From: an uncultured Gammaproteobacteria bacterium
GTDB lineage: Bacteria; Pseudomonadota; Gammaproteobacteria; Tenderiales; Tenderiaceae
Assembly: GCA_965602225.1 (NCBI GenBank)
Contig: CBFCYE010000011.1
Location: 21,182-85,181 of the forward strand
Direction: 5' to 3'
DNA length: 64,000 nucleotides
Under the pieces are notes generated by a model that saw nothing but the letters and a program-made list of their open reading frames with translations, was not told the origin of the DNA and did not search any database. Position numbers and translations under genes: made by a program. This document shows, piece after piece, positions 30,510 through 40,129 of the stretch; the first letter of the stretch is position 1; each line of letters begins with the position of its first letter.

Positions 30510-31319
30510 ATGCCCACACAGATGAAAAAGCTGAAGTTGCACGGGTTTAACAATCTGACCAAGACCCTGAGCTTTAATATTTACGATATCTGTTATGCCG
30601 TCACCCCTGATCAGCATAAGGCCTATATCGAATACATCGACGAGGCCTATAACGCTGAACGCCTGACTCAGATCCTGACAGATGTTACCGACATCATCGG
30701 CGCCAATATTCTTAATATCGCCCATCAGGATTACGATCCACAGGGTGCCTCGGTGACTATCCTGATTTCAGAAGAACCGATTGCGGCGGAAGAGCTGTCC
30801 AATACCGAAGCGCCGGGGCCTTTGCCTGAGGCGGTGGTTGGTCATCTGGACAAGAGTCACATCACCGTCCATACCTATCCCGAGACTCATCCCGATGGCG
30901 GTATCAGTACCTTCCGGGCCGATATCGATGTCGCCACTTGTGGTCGTATCTCGCCGCTGAAGGCATTGAATTATCTGATTCATAGTTTCGAGTCAGATAT
31001 CGTTACTATGGATTACCGTGTCCGCGGTTTTACCCGTGATGTGCGTGGCAAAAAACACTTTATCGACCACAAGATCAGCTCAATCCAAAACTACATCGCC
31101 AGAGACACCAAGGCGAAGTATCAGATGATTGACGTTAACGTCTATCAGGAGAATATCTTTCACACCAAGATGATGTTGAAAGAGTGTCACCTGCAAGATT
31201 ATCTGTTTGGTGTTTTGCCGGATGACCTGACCGGCAAAGAGATTAAAGTCATTGACCAGAAGGTAAAGCAGGAAATGGCGGAGATCTTTTATGGCCAGAA
31301 TTTGCGGCGCGGGCTGTGA
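30510..31319 (+). CDS. speD: S-adenosylmethionine decarboxylase proenzyme
   Basis: [21 protein letters not shown] autocleavage motif. Confidence 0.96.
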   Translation: MPTQMKKLKLHGFNNLTKTLSFNIYDICYAVTPDQHKAYIEYIDEAYNAERLTQILTDVTDIIGANILNIAHQDYDPQGASVTILISEEPIAAEELSNTEAPGPLPEAVVGHLDKSHITVHTYPETHPDGGISTFRADIDVATCGRISPLKALNYLIHSFESDIVTMDYRVRGFTRDVRGKKHFIDHKISSIQNYIARDTKAKYQMIDVNVYQENIFHTKMMLKECHLQDYLFGVLPDDLTGKEIKVIDQKVKQEMAEIFYGQNLRRGL

Positions 31320-31344
31320 GGTGAAATAAAATAGAGTTTGTAAT

Positions 31345-31373
31345 AAAAAGGCCGCTTAAAAGCGGCCTTTTTT
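31345..31373. terminator. Bidirectional terminator
   Basis: AAAAAGGCCGCT-TAAA-AGCGGCCTTTTTT. Confidence 0.85.
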
Positions 31374-31379
31374 GTTTGT

Positions 31380-32024
31380 TTAGATCTTATAAGCCAGTGT
31401 TGTCATTACCTTCGACGTCAGCCCCATTACCTTTTTAACCGGCATCGGCAATGCCGCGCCGCCATGCTGCAAGGCAACCGTGGCGTGATGGGCTTCATCT
31501 TCTTTCATCTGTTCAACCACTGCCCGGCTTTTTACGTCTTGCTGGGGCAGGCTTTCTAAATGTTCATCGAGATGTTTGATGACCTGGTGTTCGGTTTCGG
31601 CAACAAAGCCGAGGCTCCATTTATCACCGGCGATACCGGCGGCGGCACCGATTGCAAATGAGCTGAAATACCAGAAGGGGTTGAGCAGGCTTTTGTGGCT
31701 GTCCAGTTCTTCAAGGCGGCGTTCGCACCATTCCAGGTGGTCGTTTTCTTCTAGCGCTGCGCGTTCCATCTTTTCACGCACATCGGGCAGGCGGGCGGTG
31801 AGTGCCTGGCCGGAATATAGGCCTTGGGCTGAAACCTCACCAGCGTGATTAACGCGCATCAGGCCGGCTGCGTGTTTTTTGTCGGCCTCACTCATTTCGG
31901 CGTCGTTCATGCCTTTGGCTGGGTTGGGGCGTTCGGTGATCTGCGGCCGGCCAAAGATGGTGCGCATGGCGTTGTCGATGTTGCCAATCAGTTTGTCGGC
32001 TGGGGTGTAGGTTCTGTTATTCAT
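31380..32024 (-). CDS. coq7: Demethoxyubiquinone hydroxylase (di-iron)
   Basis: MRVNHAGEV.AQ, EENDH, ETE.QV..HL, DEAHH; start reassigned to ATG 32024. Confidence 0.93.
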   Translation of the reverse strand: MNNRTYTPADKLIGNIDNAMRTIFGRPQITERPNPAKGMNDAEMSEADKKHAAGLMRVNHAGEVSAQGLYSGQALTARLPDVREKMERAALEENDHLEWCERRLEELDSHKSLLNPFWYFSSFAIGAAAGIAGDKWSLGFVAETEHQVIKHLDEHLESLPQQDVKSRAVVEQMKEDEAHHATVALQHGGAALPMPVKKVMGLTSKVMTTLAYKI

Positions 32025-32028
32025 GGGG

Positions 32029-33915
32029 CTAACGATACTTGATACGAGATTGGGGCTCAAGTGATGCGCTTTGGTTACTCAAGTCTTTTTTATAGCGCAG
32101 CAATAAGGCACCAAGCAAGAGCAGGCTAAACCAGATTGACAGGCTGCTTGAGCCGCCGCCAGCGGTGCTGGGGGCATCCTTCGTAAAGACGTCAAAGGTG
32201 GCTGTTTGTCCACCGCTATCAAAGCTGATTAGTGCCTGTTTACTGCCGCCATAGGTGGCTGATGAGGTCAGTCGTACCCTTAGCGTGTCGCTGGGGTTGA
32301 TTGTGCCGGGAGTTGAGGTGAAGGCGGCGCTATTGAGGCTGTATTCACCGTCGACGATGAGTATGCTGACTGCCGCGCTTGTCCAGGTGATGGATTCTGA
32401 GGTGACTGTGGTATTAGGTTCGGCGTTAAGCACCGATGAAAAAATGATGCCGGTCGGCGTAGTGTTGGCGGCGGCGGTGGTGACGCTGAACGTGGTGCTA
32501 AAACCGCCAATGGTTATGGTTACCGTTTCTGTTGTGTTGTCGCTGCTGGAAGAGAGCAGTCGCATCCGGATCTTGGTGCCGTTGCTGACCGTGGAGGAGC
32601 TGGATGTAAAGGTGCTGCCGCCATCGATGCTGTATTCGGCGCTATGGGTAGTGGTGCCGTCGATATTGACGAATTCTTTGTCGCCCAAAATGCTGAGGCT
32701 GGAGTTGCTGGCCAGGCCGCTGAGGGTGATTTCGTTCGATGTGAATTTGGTTGCTTTTTGCACGTCTGTCTGTGAGGTAAAGCTGAAGCTGTCGGGTGTG
32801 ACCGCTGTCAGGTTTTTGAGGTAGGAAAAATTGTAGCTTGCCAGGCCGGTGGCGATTAGTTCGGGATGGGTGTCGGAGTCGATGTCCGCAACTGTCAGGC
32901 TGCCGGGTTGCTTGACTAGGGAGAAGTCGCTCTTTGGCAGGAATGCGCCAGTGCCGTTGTTGTTGGTGAAGACAGAGATGGTGTCTGAGAGGCTGTTGCT
33001 GACCGCAACGTCCTTGAAGGTGTCGTTGTTAAGGTCGCTGATGCTGACAAACATGGGAGTGGTGCCGGTGGGGTAATCGACCTTGCCAGCAAAGGTGCCG
33101 TCGCCGTTATTTATTAATACTGAAATGGTGTTATCGCCACTGTTGCTGATTACCAGGTCGGGGAAGTTGTCGCCGCTGATGTCCTGGCTGGCGATGGCTG
33201 TAGGTGTTGCGCCAGTAGGGTAGTCAACTTTGGCGGCGGCGAAGACGCCTGCGCCGTTATTGATGAAAACAGAGACTGTGTCGCTGTCTTTGTTTGTTAC
33301 AGCAAGATCTGCTTCATTGACGCCGTCAAAGTCGGCAGCGGCAATGGCGCTGGGGTTTGTGCCGGTAGCGTAGTCGACTTTGGCGGCAAAGGTGCCATCG
33401 TTATTGTTGATGAGTACTGAAATAGTGCTGTTGGTGCTGTTGGCGGTAACCAAGTCGATATCTGCAGCGTTTAGTTCGGCAGCCACAATATAGACTGGCT
33501 TGGTGTCAGTGGTGTAATCCACTTTGCCGGCAAAGGTGCCGCTGCCGGCATTGATGAAAACAGAGATATTGTTACTGTCACTGTTGGCAACGGCTAGGTC
33601 AATGTCGCCGATGTTGTTTAGTTCTGCGCTGGCGATAGACGAGGGTGCTAGACCGGTGGGGTAGACGGCGGCGGTGCCGAAAGTTGTATCACCCGCGCCC
33701 AGCAAGACTTTTATTTCGTTGGTGGTGGCTTTGTCGTCGCTATAGCTGGTGACGGCCAGGTCAACATCACCGTCGCCATTGAAATCGGCGCTGGTGATTG
33801 ATAGAGGATTGTCTGCATTGCCAATAAATGTATAGGGTTGAAAGGGTGTCGCCCAGGCGGCCTGGCTTGAAAGTAGTGCCAGGCTGATTAAGCTTCGAGT
33901 AAATGCGGCTCGCAT
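32029..33915 (-). CDS. FG-GAP/VCBS-repeat surface protein with Ig-like stalk domains and GlyGly-CTERM-like anchor
   Basis: Signal peptide; about seven D.N.D...DL.V.N repeats; two Ser/Thr-rich beta domains; GGGSSSLSIWFSLLLLGALLLRYKK tail. Confidence 0.78.
   Translation of the reverse strand: MRAAFTRSLISLALLSSQAAWATPFQPYTFIGNADNPLSITSADFNGDGDVDLAVTSYSDDKATTNEIKVLLGAGDTTFGTAAVYPTGLAPSSIASAELNNIGDIDLAVANSDSNNISVFINAGSGTFAGKVDYTTDTKPVYIVAAELNAADIDLVTANSTNSTISVLINNNDGTFAAKVDYATGTNPSAIAAADFDGVNEADLAVTNKDSDTVSVFINNGAGVFAAAKVDYPTGATPTAIASQDISGDNFPDLVISNSGDNTISVLINNGDGTFAGKVDYPTGTTPMFVSISDLNNDTFKDVAVSNSLSDTISVFTNNNGTGAFLPKSDFSLVKQPGSLTVADIDSDTHPELIATGLASYNFSYLKNLTAVTPDSFSFTSQTDVQKATKFTSNEITLSGLASNSSLSILGDKEFVNIDGTTTHSAEYSIDGGSTFTSSSSTVSNGTKIRMRLLSSSSDNTTETVTITIGGFSTTFSVTTAAANTTPTGIIFSSVLNAEPNTTVTSESITWTSAAVSILIVDGEYSLNSAAFTSTPGTINPSDTLRVRLTSSATYGGSKQALISFDSGGQTATFDVFTKDAPSTAGGGSSSLSIWFSLLLLGALLLRYKKDLSNQSASLEPQSRIKYR
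32870..33800 (-). repeat. Intragenic tandem repeats of about 147-150 bp (FG-GAP blades)
   Basis: Recurrent GTA(A/G)TC.AC.TTG.C.GCAAAGGTGCC-like words near 33073, 33220, 33370 and 33513. Confidence 0.7.
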
Positions 33916-34007
33916 AGGTTGTGTCCCCGGAATTCCGTGCCTGATAAACGATGATTGTTAAAGAGTATATCGGATACTAGGCTGGATTTATCTAGTCGAT
34001 GATCGTC

Positions 34008-35240
34008 TTAGGTTTTGATTTGCCTTGCCAGCAGCGAAACAGGGTGGAGGATCTTGAGTTTGGCGTTCGTTGTTCTGATGCCGGCGGCCAGATGCAGGGC
34101 GCAGCCGATGTTGCTGCTGACCAGAATGTCGGGTTGAGTTGCCTTGATGGCATCGAGTTTGTCAGCGCGCAGGCTGTCGGCCATCTGTGGATGTTCGATC
34201 ATGTAGCTGCCGGCGGCGCCACAGCATTGTTGATTGCCGGGCAGGCTGATGATTTCCAGTTCGGGGATGCGCTTTAACAGGGCGTAAGGGGCATCAGTTT
34301 CTTTTAAAATATTGCGTTGGCTACAGGGTTCATGCACGGCGATCTTTTTGTCGAGCGGTTTGAACTGGATGTTTGCTGGCCATTCGATCTGGCTGAGAAA
34401 GGTGTTGATGTCGCAGACCGGTAGTGAGTGACCGGTGGTGCGTGGATATTCCTTTATGTGGCTACCGCAGCCGGTGGCGCTGCTGATGACGGCGGCGATG
34501 TCGAGTTGGGCGAAGGCGTCGATGTTTTGTTGTGCCAGTTGCGTCGCCTGCTGGTTGTCACCCTTGTGTTGGTGCAGGGCGCCACAGCAGGTTTGTGTGG
34601 CGGGTACGAATACGCCATAGCCGCAGGCATTTAATAAGGTGATGCTGTCGGCCAGCGTCTGCTGATCGAACATGTCGCTGAAGCAGCCGATAAACAGGGC
34701 GACGTCGCCCTGTTTATCAGTCTTGGCGGGGTAGTAGTCCTGCCAGTCGTGGGGGCGGTCGATGCTGGGGGCGAGTTGTTCGAAGCGTTCCATGCCTAGC
34801 AGTTTGGTGATGCCCAGGCCGCGGCCCAGCGCGCGCAGGCCAGTCTTGTCTGTCAGCCATAGCAGTGTTGCTTCACGGCGTTGCCGTTGTTTGTTGGTGG
34901 CGAGCTGATCCATGTTGATGCGCTGTTCCTGCTTGGGCTTGTCCTGAAAGGGTTTGTCTTGCGCCAGGGCAGTGCGGGCGCCGTCCATGATTTCGCCGAA
35001 TTGCACGCCGGATGGGCATTTGGCCTCACAGGCACGGCACAGCAGGCAGTTGTCCAGATGGTTGTGCAGTTTGTCGTCGGCCTGTAACTGGCCGTTGGCC
35101 AGGCCCAGGATTAGCGAGATGCGGCCGCGCGGTGATTCGGCCTCGTTCTGGGTTTTGTTATAGGTGGGGCAGTGGGGTAGGCACAGGCCGCACATGACGC
35201 AACGTTCGGCCTGTTGTTTGGTGTTGGCTTGGATTTTCAA
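34008..35240 (-). CDS. GlcF-like Fe-S oxidoreductase (2x[4Fe-4S] + CCG domains)
   Basis: CVMCGLCLPHCPT, CLLCRACEAKCPS, two CCG motifs. Confidence 0.85.
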   Translation of the reverse strand: MKIQANTKQQAERCVMCGLCLPHCPTYNKTQNEAESPRGRISLILGLANGQLQADDKLHNHLDNCLLCRACEAKCPSGVQFGEIMDGARTALAQDKPFQDKPKQEQRINMDQLATNKQRQRREATLLWLTDKTGLRALGRGLGITKLLGMERFEQLAPSIDRPHDWQDYYPAKTDKQGDVALFIGCFSDMFDQQTLADSITLLNACGYGVFVPATQTCCGALHQHKGDNQQATQLAQQNIDAFAQLDIAAVISSATGCGSHIKEYPRTTGHSLPVCDINTFLSQIEWPANIQFKPLDKKIAVHEPCSQRNILKETDAPYALLKRIPELEIISLPGNQQCCGAAGSYMIEHPQMADSLRADKLDAIKATQPDILVSSNIGCALHLAAGIRTTNAKLKILHPVSLLARQIKT

Positions 35241-35323
35241 GAATGACTCACTGCCGGCGGCGTAAAAGGTGGATGATTCCGTTATTATATCGGCTTTTCA
35301 GTATTCAGGATGAAAGAGGGTTT

Positions 35324-35632
35324 ATGTCTTTTTATACACGTCATGCCTTTATCTGCACCAATCAAACCACGGATGGTAGTGATTGCTGTGAAAATCACAA
35401 TGCCATGGCGATGGTGAAGTACGCCAAGGACCGACTTAAAGAGCTGGATATGTTCGGGCCGGGCAAGGTGCGGTTGAATAAGTCCGGTTGCATGGGGCGT
35501 TGTGCTGTGGGGCCAGTGCTGGTGGTCTATCCTGATGAGGTTTGGTACACCTATGTTGATAAAGAAGATGTTGAAGAGATTATTCAGGAACATCTGATTA
35601 ATGGTCGTGAAATCCCGCGGTTGAAGATTTAG
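35324..35632 (+). CDS. Thioredoxin-like [2Fe-2S] ferredoxin
   Basis: FICTNQ..CC, SGCMGRCAVGP..VYPDEVWY; start reassigned to ATG 35324. Confidence 0.88.
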   Translation: MSFYTRHAFICTNQTTDGSDCCENHNAMAMVKYAKDRLKELDMFGPGKVRLNKSGCMGRCAVGPVLVVYPDEVWYTYVDKEDVEEIIQEHLINGREIPRLKI

Positions 35633-35633
35633 A

Positions 35634-36554
35634 GTGACTGATTTTGTTGTCAGCGCCCGTCAACTGCGCAAGGTCTATGCTGGCCAGGTGGTGGTGGATG
35701 GCATTGATCTCAATATCGCCCGTGGCCAGTGTTTTGGTCTGTTGGGGCCGAATGGTGCTGGCAAGACCACTACGCTGCGGATGTTGCTGGGGCTGACGCC
35801 GCCGGATGGTGGTGAGCTGGAGGTGCTGGGCTATGAGATCCCACGCCAGGCGCGGCAGATGCACGCCCGCATGGGCTTGGTGCCGCAGGCGGATAATCTT
35901 GATCCTGATTTCAGTGTGTCGCAGAACCTACGCACCTATGCCCGATATTTTGGCATATCCAAGGCAGTTTTTGAGCAGCGTCTGCCGCAGTTGCTGGCCT
36001 TCGCCGCGCTGGAGCACAAGGCCGATGCTGGCATCGGTACGCTGTCCGGGGGTATGCAGCGTCGTTTGACTATGGCACGTGCGCTGGTGAATGATCCTGA
36101 GCTGGTGGTGCTGGATGAACCGACTACTGGTCTTGATCCGCAGGCGCGGCAAATGATTTGGCGGCGGCTGCGTGAGTTGCTGGCACAGGGTAAAAGTCTG
36201 ATTCTAACCACTCATTATATGGATGAGGCTGAGCGGCTGTGTGATCGGTTGGCGATTATGGATCATGGTCGCATTCTGGTGGAAGGTAGTCCGGCTGAAT
36301 TGATTCGCGAGCACATTGAACCGCAGGTGATCGAGGTCTACGGTCCTGGGGTTGAGCAATGGGGCGTTGATCACGGTTGTGCCTTGGCTCGGCGGCTGGA
36401 GCAGGTCGGCGAGACCCTGTTTTGCTATGCCGATGATGAACAGTCAGCACTGGCCTCTCTGCGCCAATATCCGCAGTTACAGTTTATTCATCGTCGCGCC
36501 AATCTCGAGGATGTGTTCTTGAAGTTGACGGGCAAGGAGCTGCGCGATGCCTAG
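35634..36554 (+). CDS. nodI: NodI-like ABC-2 exporter ATP-binding subunit
   Basis: GPNGAGKTT, LSGGMQRR, DEPTTGLDPQAR. Confidence 0.8.
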   Translation: MTDFVVSARQLRKVYAGQVVVDGIDLNIARGQCFGLLGPNGAGKTTTLRMLLGLTPPDGGELEVLGYEIPRQARQMHARMGLVPQADNLDPDFSVSQNLRTYARYFGISKAVFEQRLPQLLAFAALEHKADAGIGTLSGGMQRRLTMARALVNDPELVVLDEPTTGLDPQARQMIWRRLRELLAQGKSLILTTHYMDEAERLCDRLAIMDHGRILVEGSPAELIREHIEPQVIEVYGPGVEQWGVDHGCALARRLEQVGETLFCYADDEQSALASLRQYPQLQFIHRRANLEDVFLKLTGKELRDA

Positions 36555-36734
36555 AGCCCTCATATCCCACCACACTTCTACTGCGGCGCCCGAATGGCAC
36601 GCCCTGCGCGCTTTTTTCTCCGGCAGAGTGCTCGACGTAGCGTCAACTATGCTTGCGCGCTCTTTTGTCGCAAAAAACGCGCATGACACACCCTTGGCTC
36701 GCCTCGTTACGAAGTCTGGTGGGATATGAGTGCT
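36555..36734. mobile_element. MITE-like palindromic element of about 180 bp with 24-bp terminal inverted repeats
   Basis: AGCCCTCATATCCCACCACACTTC (36555-36578) vs reverse complement of 36711-36734 match at 22/24; internal TGCGCGCTTTTTT / AAAAAACGCGCA arms. Confidence 0.7.
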
Positions 36735-37505
36735 TTTGCCCTGCCACGGTTTAGTCGCCGCTGCTTTCCTGTCTGGCAGCGTAATGCCCAGGTCTGGATT
36801 AAGTTGTCTGGACCGTCGTTGGTCGGTAATTTCGGCGAGCCGCTGCTCTACCTGTTGGCGTTGGGTTACGGTCTGGGCAGTTTTATCGGTGAGGTGGATG
36901 GCCTACCTTATATAGTCTTTCTGGCGACGGGTATCATCTGTTCCAGCGCCATGAACACAGCCACCTTTGAATGTCTCTATTCGGCCTATACCCGCATGAA
37001 GGTACAGGAGACCTGGGCGGCGATGATGGCGGCGCCGCTGAGCCTGGATGATATTGTGCTTGGTGAGGTGTTGTGGGCGGGCACCAAGAGCTTGATCAGC
37101 GCGTCGGCAATCCTGCTGGTGGCATCAACACTGGGGCTGGTGGCTGGCTGGCAGGCGCTGGGCGTGTTGCCGATGGCCTTTTTACTGGGCTGCTGTTTCG
37201 GTGCTATGGCCCTGGTGGTGACGGCGATCTCGCCCAGTTATGACTTCTTTCTCTATTATTTCACCCTGGTGATTACACCGATGTTCCTATTGAGTGGTGT
37301 GTTTTTCCCGCTGGAAAGCGTGCCAGCCTGGGTTCAGTCGGGCATTCAGTTGCTGCCGCTGTATCATATTGTTGAGGTGGTGCGGCCGTTGATGACTGGG
37401 CGGCCACTAGAGGGGCTGATGACGCATCTGCTGGTGCCGATAGCCTACGGCCTGGCGGCAATTTGGCTGGCGCTGGGGCTTTTGCGTAGAAGATTATTGA
37501 TTTAG
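36726..37505 (+). CDS. nodJ: NodJ-like ABC-2 permease
   Basis: EPLLYLLALGYGLG, PMFLLSGVFFP; six TM helices. Confidence 0.8.
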   Translation: MSAFALPRFSRRCFPVWQRNAQVWIKLSGPSLVGNFGEPLLYLLALGYGLGSFIGEVDGLPYIVFLATGIICSSAMNTATFECLYSAYTRMKVQETWAAMMAAPLSLDDIVLGEVLWAGTKSLISASAILLVASTLGLVAGWQALGVLPMAFLLGCCFGAMALVVTAISPSYDFFLYYFTLVITPMFLLSGVFFPLESVPAWVQSGIQLLPLYHIVEVVRPLMTGRPLEGLMTHLLVPIAYGLAAIWLALGLLRRRLLI

Positions 37506-37518
37506 TTGCCTTAGGGGC

Positions 37519-37547
37519 TTGTCTGGGGGCGGCTTCGCGTGTAAGAT
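37519..37547 (+). promoter_or_regulatory. Candidate sigma70 promoter of rplM-rpsI
   Basis: TTGTCT-17 nt-TAAGAT about 50 nt upstream of rplM. Confidence 0.55.
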
Positions 37548-37594
37548 TCGCCGTCTTTCTTGAAGAGAAACGATAGATTTTTTAGGAATTATCG

Positions 37595-38023
37595 ATGAAA
37601 ACGTTTAGTGCAAAACCTGCTGAAGTAAAGCGCGATTGGTTCATAATCGACGCCGAAGGCAAGACCTTGGGCCGTATGGCAACTGAAATTGCCCGTCGTT
37701 TGCGTGGCAAGCACAAGGCTGAATATACGCCTCATGTAGATACTGGTGACTACATTGTAGTTGTTAACGCTGAAAAGGTTGCTGTTACTGGCAACAAGCG
37801 TACTGGCAAGATGTATCACCGTCACACTGGCTACATTGGTGGCTTGAAATCAGCTAGCTTTGAAAAGGTAATCGCGGAGAAACCTACGCAGGTTATTGAA
37901 TTGGCGGTTAAGGGTATGATGCCACGGGGTCCTTTGGGGCGCGCCATGCTGCGCAAACTGAAGATCTTTGCTGGAGCTGAGCATAACCATATTGCCCAGC
38001 AGCCGAAGCAGCTAGAAATTTAA
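37595..38023 (+). CDS. rplM: 50S ribosomal protein L13
   Basis: [24 protein letters not shown]. Confidence 0.98.
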   Translation: MKTFSAKPAEVKRDWFIIDAEGKTLGRMATEIARRLRGKHKAEYTPHVDTGDYIVVVNAEKVAVTGNKRTGKMYHRHTGYIGGLKSASFEKVIAEKPTQVIELAVKGMMPRGPLGRAMLRKLKIFAGAEHNHIAQQPKQLEI

Positions 38024-38045
38024 ATTAGAATAACGGGAACGAATC

Positions 38046-38438
38046 ATGGCAGACATGAATCAACTGTGCACCGGTCGTCGTAAAACAGCATCGGCACGTG
38101 TATTTATAAAACCTGGTAGTGGTGTCATCTCTATCAACAAGCGCTCTATCGAGCAGTACTTCGGTCGTGAGACTTCTCGCATGATCGTGCGTCAGCCGCT
38201 TGAAAGTGCTGAGCTGCTGGGTAAGCTGGACGTAACTATCACTGTTAAAGGTGGTGGTGCCAACGGTCAGGCGGGCGCTATTCGTCACGGCCTGGCGCGT
38301 GCGCTGGTTAATCACGATGAAGAGCTGCGTAGCACCATGCGTCGCGCTGGCTTCCTAACTCGTGATGCTCGTGAAGTTGAACGTAAGAAAATCGGTCTGC
38401 ACAAAGCGCGTAAGCGTCCTCAGTTCTCGAAGCGTTAA
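38046..38438 (+). CDS. rpsI: 30S ribosomal protein S9
   Basis: [26 protein letters not shown]. Confidence 0.98.
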   Translation: MADMNQLCTGRRKTASARVFIKPGSGVISINKRSIEQYFGRETSRMIVRQPLESAELLGKLDVTITVKGGGANGQAGAIRHGLARALVNHDEELRSTMRRAGFLTRDAREVERKKIGLHKARKRPQFSKR

Positions 38439-38534
38439 TTTTACGCCGATTACTGTTTCAGAATGCCGAGGCGCGATACCGCTTCGGCATTCTAGTTTTT
38501 CCGGTCTGGAAAAATATTGTCAGAGTTTCTCTAT

Positions 38535-38608
38535 TGGGGAATCGTCTAACGGCAGGACAACGGCCTCTGACGCCGTTAATCAAGGTTCGAATCCTTGTTC
38601 CCCAGCCA
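38535..38608 (+). tRNA. tRNA-Gln (anticodon CTG)
   Basis: Cloverleaf: TGGGGAA/TTCCCCA acceptor stem, ACGGC-CTCTGAC-GCCGT anticodon arm, GGTTCGAATCC T-arm, encoded CCA. Confidence 0.95.
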
Positions 38609-38618
38609 AACAACACAT

Positions 38619-38648
38619 AAGCCTCACCCTTACGGGTGGGGCTTTTTT
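38619..38648 (+). terminator. Terminator after tRNA-Gln
   Basis: AAGCCTCACCC-TTAC-GGGTGGGGCTTTTTT. Confidence 0.85.
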
Positions 38649-38893
38649 GTGTCTGTTAGATATCTAGTCTTTGAGAAAAGGCTAAATCCCTCTTAATAAC
38701 CAAGTTTTTTGGTGAGAAATTTCTTGTGACTGAGAATGATTTTTGTTAGTTTTTATCTCGGTTGATGTTGTTGTGATTGTGTTGCACATTAGGTTTATGC
38801 ATTAACTTACGGAAAAATATTGATTTTCATGTGTAGCTGAACTAGATTAACTGCGTCGATGTGACTTTTAGACTACAAAAATTGGAGAAAACC

Positions 38894-39973
38894 ATGCAGA
38901 AGAAACTAATTGCGCTGGCAGTGGCTGGCATTATGGCGGCACCGATGGCAGCTCAGGCTGCGGCGAGTGCTGAGGTTTACGGTAAGGTGCGTGTTTCAGC
39001 GGCATTTGTTGGTAATGATGATCCGAGTGCTAATAATGAAGATAGCAAGCTGAGTGTGACCAGTCATGACTCGCGCTTTGGTGTCAAAGGTTCTGCTGAT
39101 CTGGATAATGGTATGAAGGCTGTTTATCAGCTGGAGACTGAAGTTGATTTTGATGATGACAATAATGGTCTGTTTGACAGCATGCGTAACACTTATGTAG
39201 GTCTGGCGGGTGATTTTGGTACAGTGGTGATGGGGCGTCATGACACTCCATACAAAATATCTCGCGGTAAGCTGGACGTCTTTGGAGACACCCATGGTGA
39301 CTACAATGCCATTATGGGCGATACCCACGATGCGCGTGCAGACAACGTAATTGCCTACATTTCACCGGCTATGGGTGGCGTTACTATCGCCGCAGCCTTG
39401 GTAACTGATTTGGCTGACGATAACTTGGGTGATACAACTAACTCTACTGCCATTGGTGGTACCACTCGTGAGCAGCAGGGTATCAGTATTGCCGGTATGT
39501 ATTCGGATGGCCCGTTGTACGCAGCTCTTGCTTTCCAGAGTCTGGGTGAAACAGGTGTTCAGAACGGTACCAAGTATGATGATGCTGAAGCCACCAAGCT
39601 GACTTTGGGTTATATGGTTGGTACAACTAACCTGATGTTTGCCTATGAGAATGATGACCTGGGTGGTAGTAACAATGATCAGGATCGTTTGCACTTCAGT
39701 GTCGATCACGGCATGGGTAATGGCACAAGCCTGCAGTTTGCCTACGGTATGGCGGATGATCGTGGTAATAACACCAATACTGGTGCGACCCAGTTTGCGC
39801 TGGGTGTAACTCAGGAAATGGGTGGTTCTGTTGAAATGTATGCGCTTTACACTGCGCTGGACAATGACCAGAGCGCCGGTTTTAATCTGGTTGAGGTGGG
39901 TTCTGCTGGAGCGACAGAGGCAAGTGCTAGTGCGCTTGCGGTTGGTGTCAACATGAAGTTTTCATCCATGTAA
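38894..39973 (+). CDS. Gram-negative trimeric porin
   Basis: MQKKLIALAVA signal; SRFGVKGS.DL..G.KAVYQLE; R..YVGL.GDFG...GRHDTP; start reassigned to ATG 38894. Confidence 0.9.
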   Translation: MQKKLIALAVAGIMAAPMAAQAAASAEVYGKVRVSAAFVGNDDPSANNEDSKLSVTSHDSRFGVKGSADLDNGMKAVYQLETEVDFDDDNNGLFDSMRNTYVGLAGDFGTVVMGRHDTPYKISRGKLDVFGDTHGDYNAIMGDTHDARADNVIAYISPAMGGVTIAAALVTDLADDNLGDTTNSTAIGGTTREQQGISIAGMYSDGPLYAALAFQSLGETGVQNGTKYDDAEATKLTLGYMVGTTNLMFAYENDDLGGSNNDQDRLHFSVDHGMGNGTSLQFAYGMADDRGNNTNTGATQFALGVTQEMGGSVEMYALYTALDNDQSAGFNLVEVGSAGATEASASALAVGVNMKFSSM

Positions 39974-40005
39974 AAAATCTGTTAAGCTTTAACGGCTAAT
40001 GCAGG

Positions 40006-40037
40006 AAGCGGGCGCCCTAGGGCGCCCGTTTTGTTTT
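40006..40037 (+). terminator. Terminator after porin
   Basis: AAGCGGGCGCCC-TA-GGGCGCCCGTTTTGTTTT. Confidence 0.75.
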
Positions 40038-40063
40038 AAACCAAAAATTCCTTATGGAAACAG

Positions 40064-40101
40064 TGTCTTGTTTGACAGTTTTGGCGCTGACATGTTAGAA
40101 A
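40064..40101 (+). promoter_or_regulatory. Candidate promoter/operator of the cytochrome cluster
   Basis: TTGACA at 40072 and TGnTAGAAA extended -10 18 nt later; TGTC-N6-GACA palindrome over the -35. Confidence 0.35.
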
Positions 40102-40129
40102 ACGCCTTGGTTGGCGGAGACATGCATTA

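Noticed and set aside
32255-32824. 189-aa + strand ORF and other long antisense ORFs (e.g. 10386-11081, 25105-25701)
   Set aside because: Shadows of well-supported genes on the opposite strand
32870-33800. Periodic repeats as a CRISPR array
   Set aside because: Degenerate, in-frame protein repeats; no identical repeat-spacer structure or cas genes anywhere in the window
35634-37505. nodIJ as evidence of nodulation
   Set aside because: NodIJ-like ABC-2 exporters are widespread and no nodABC genes are present
38731-38790. Fur box (TGAGAATGATTTTTG) and CRP site (TGTGA-N7-GCACA) upstream of the porin
   Set aside because: Imperfect matches, and wrong spacing for CRP
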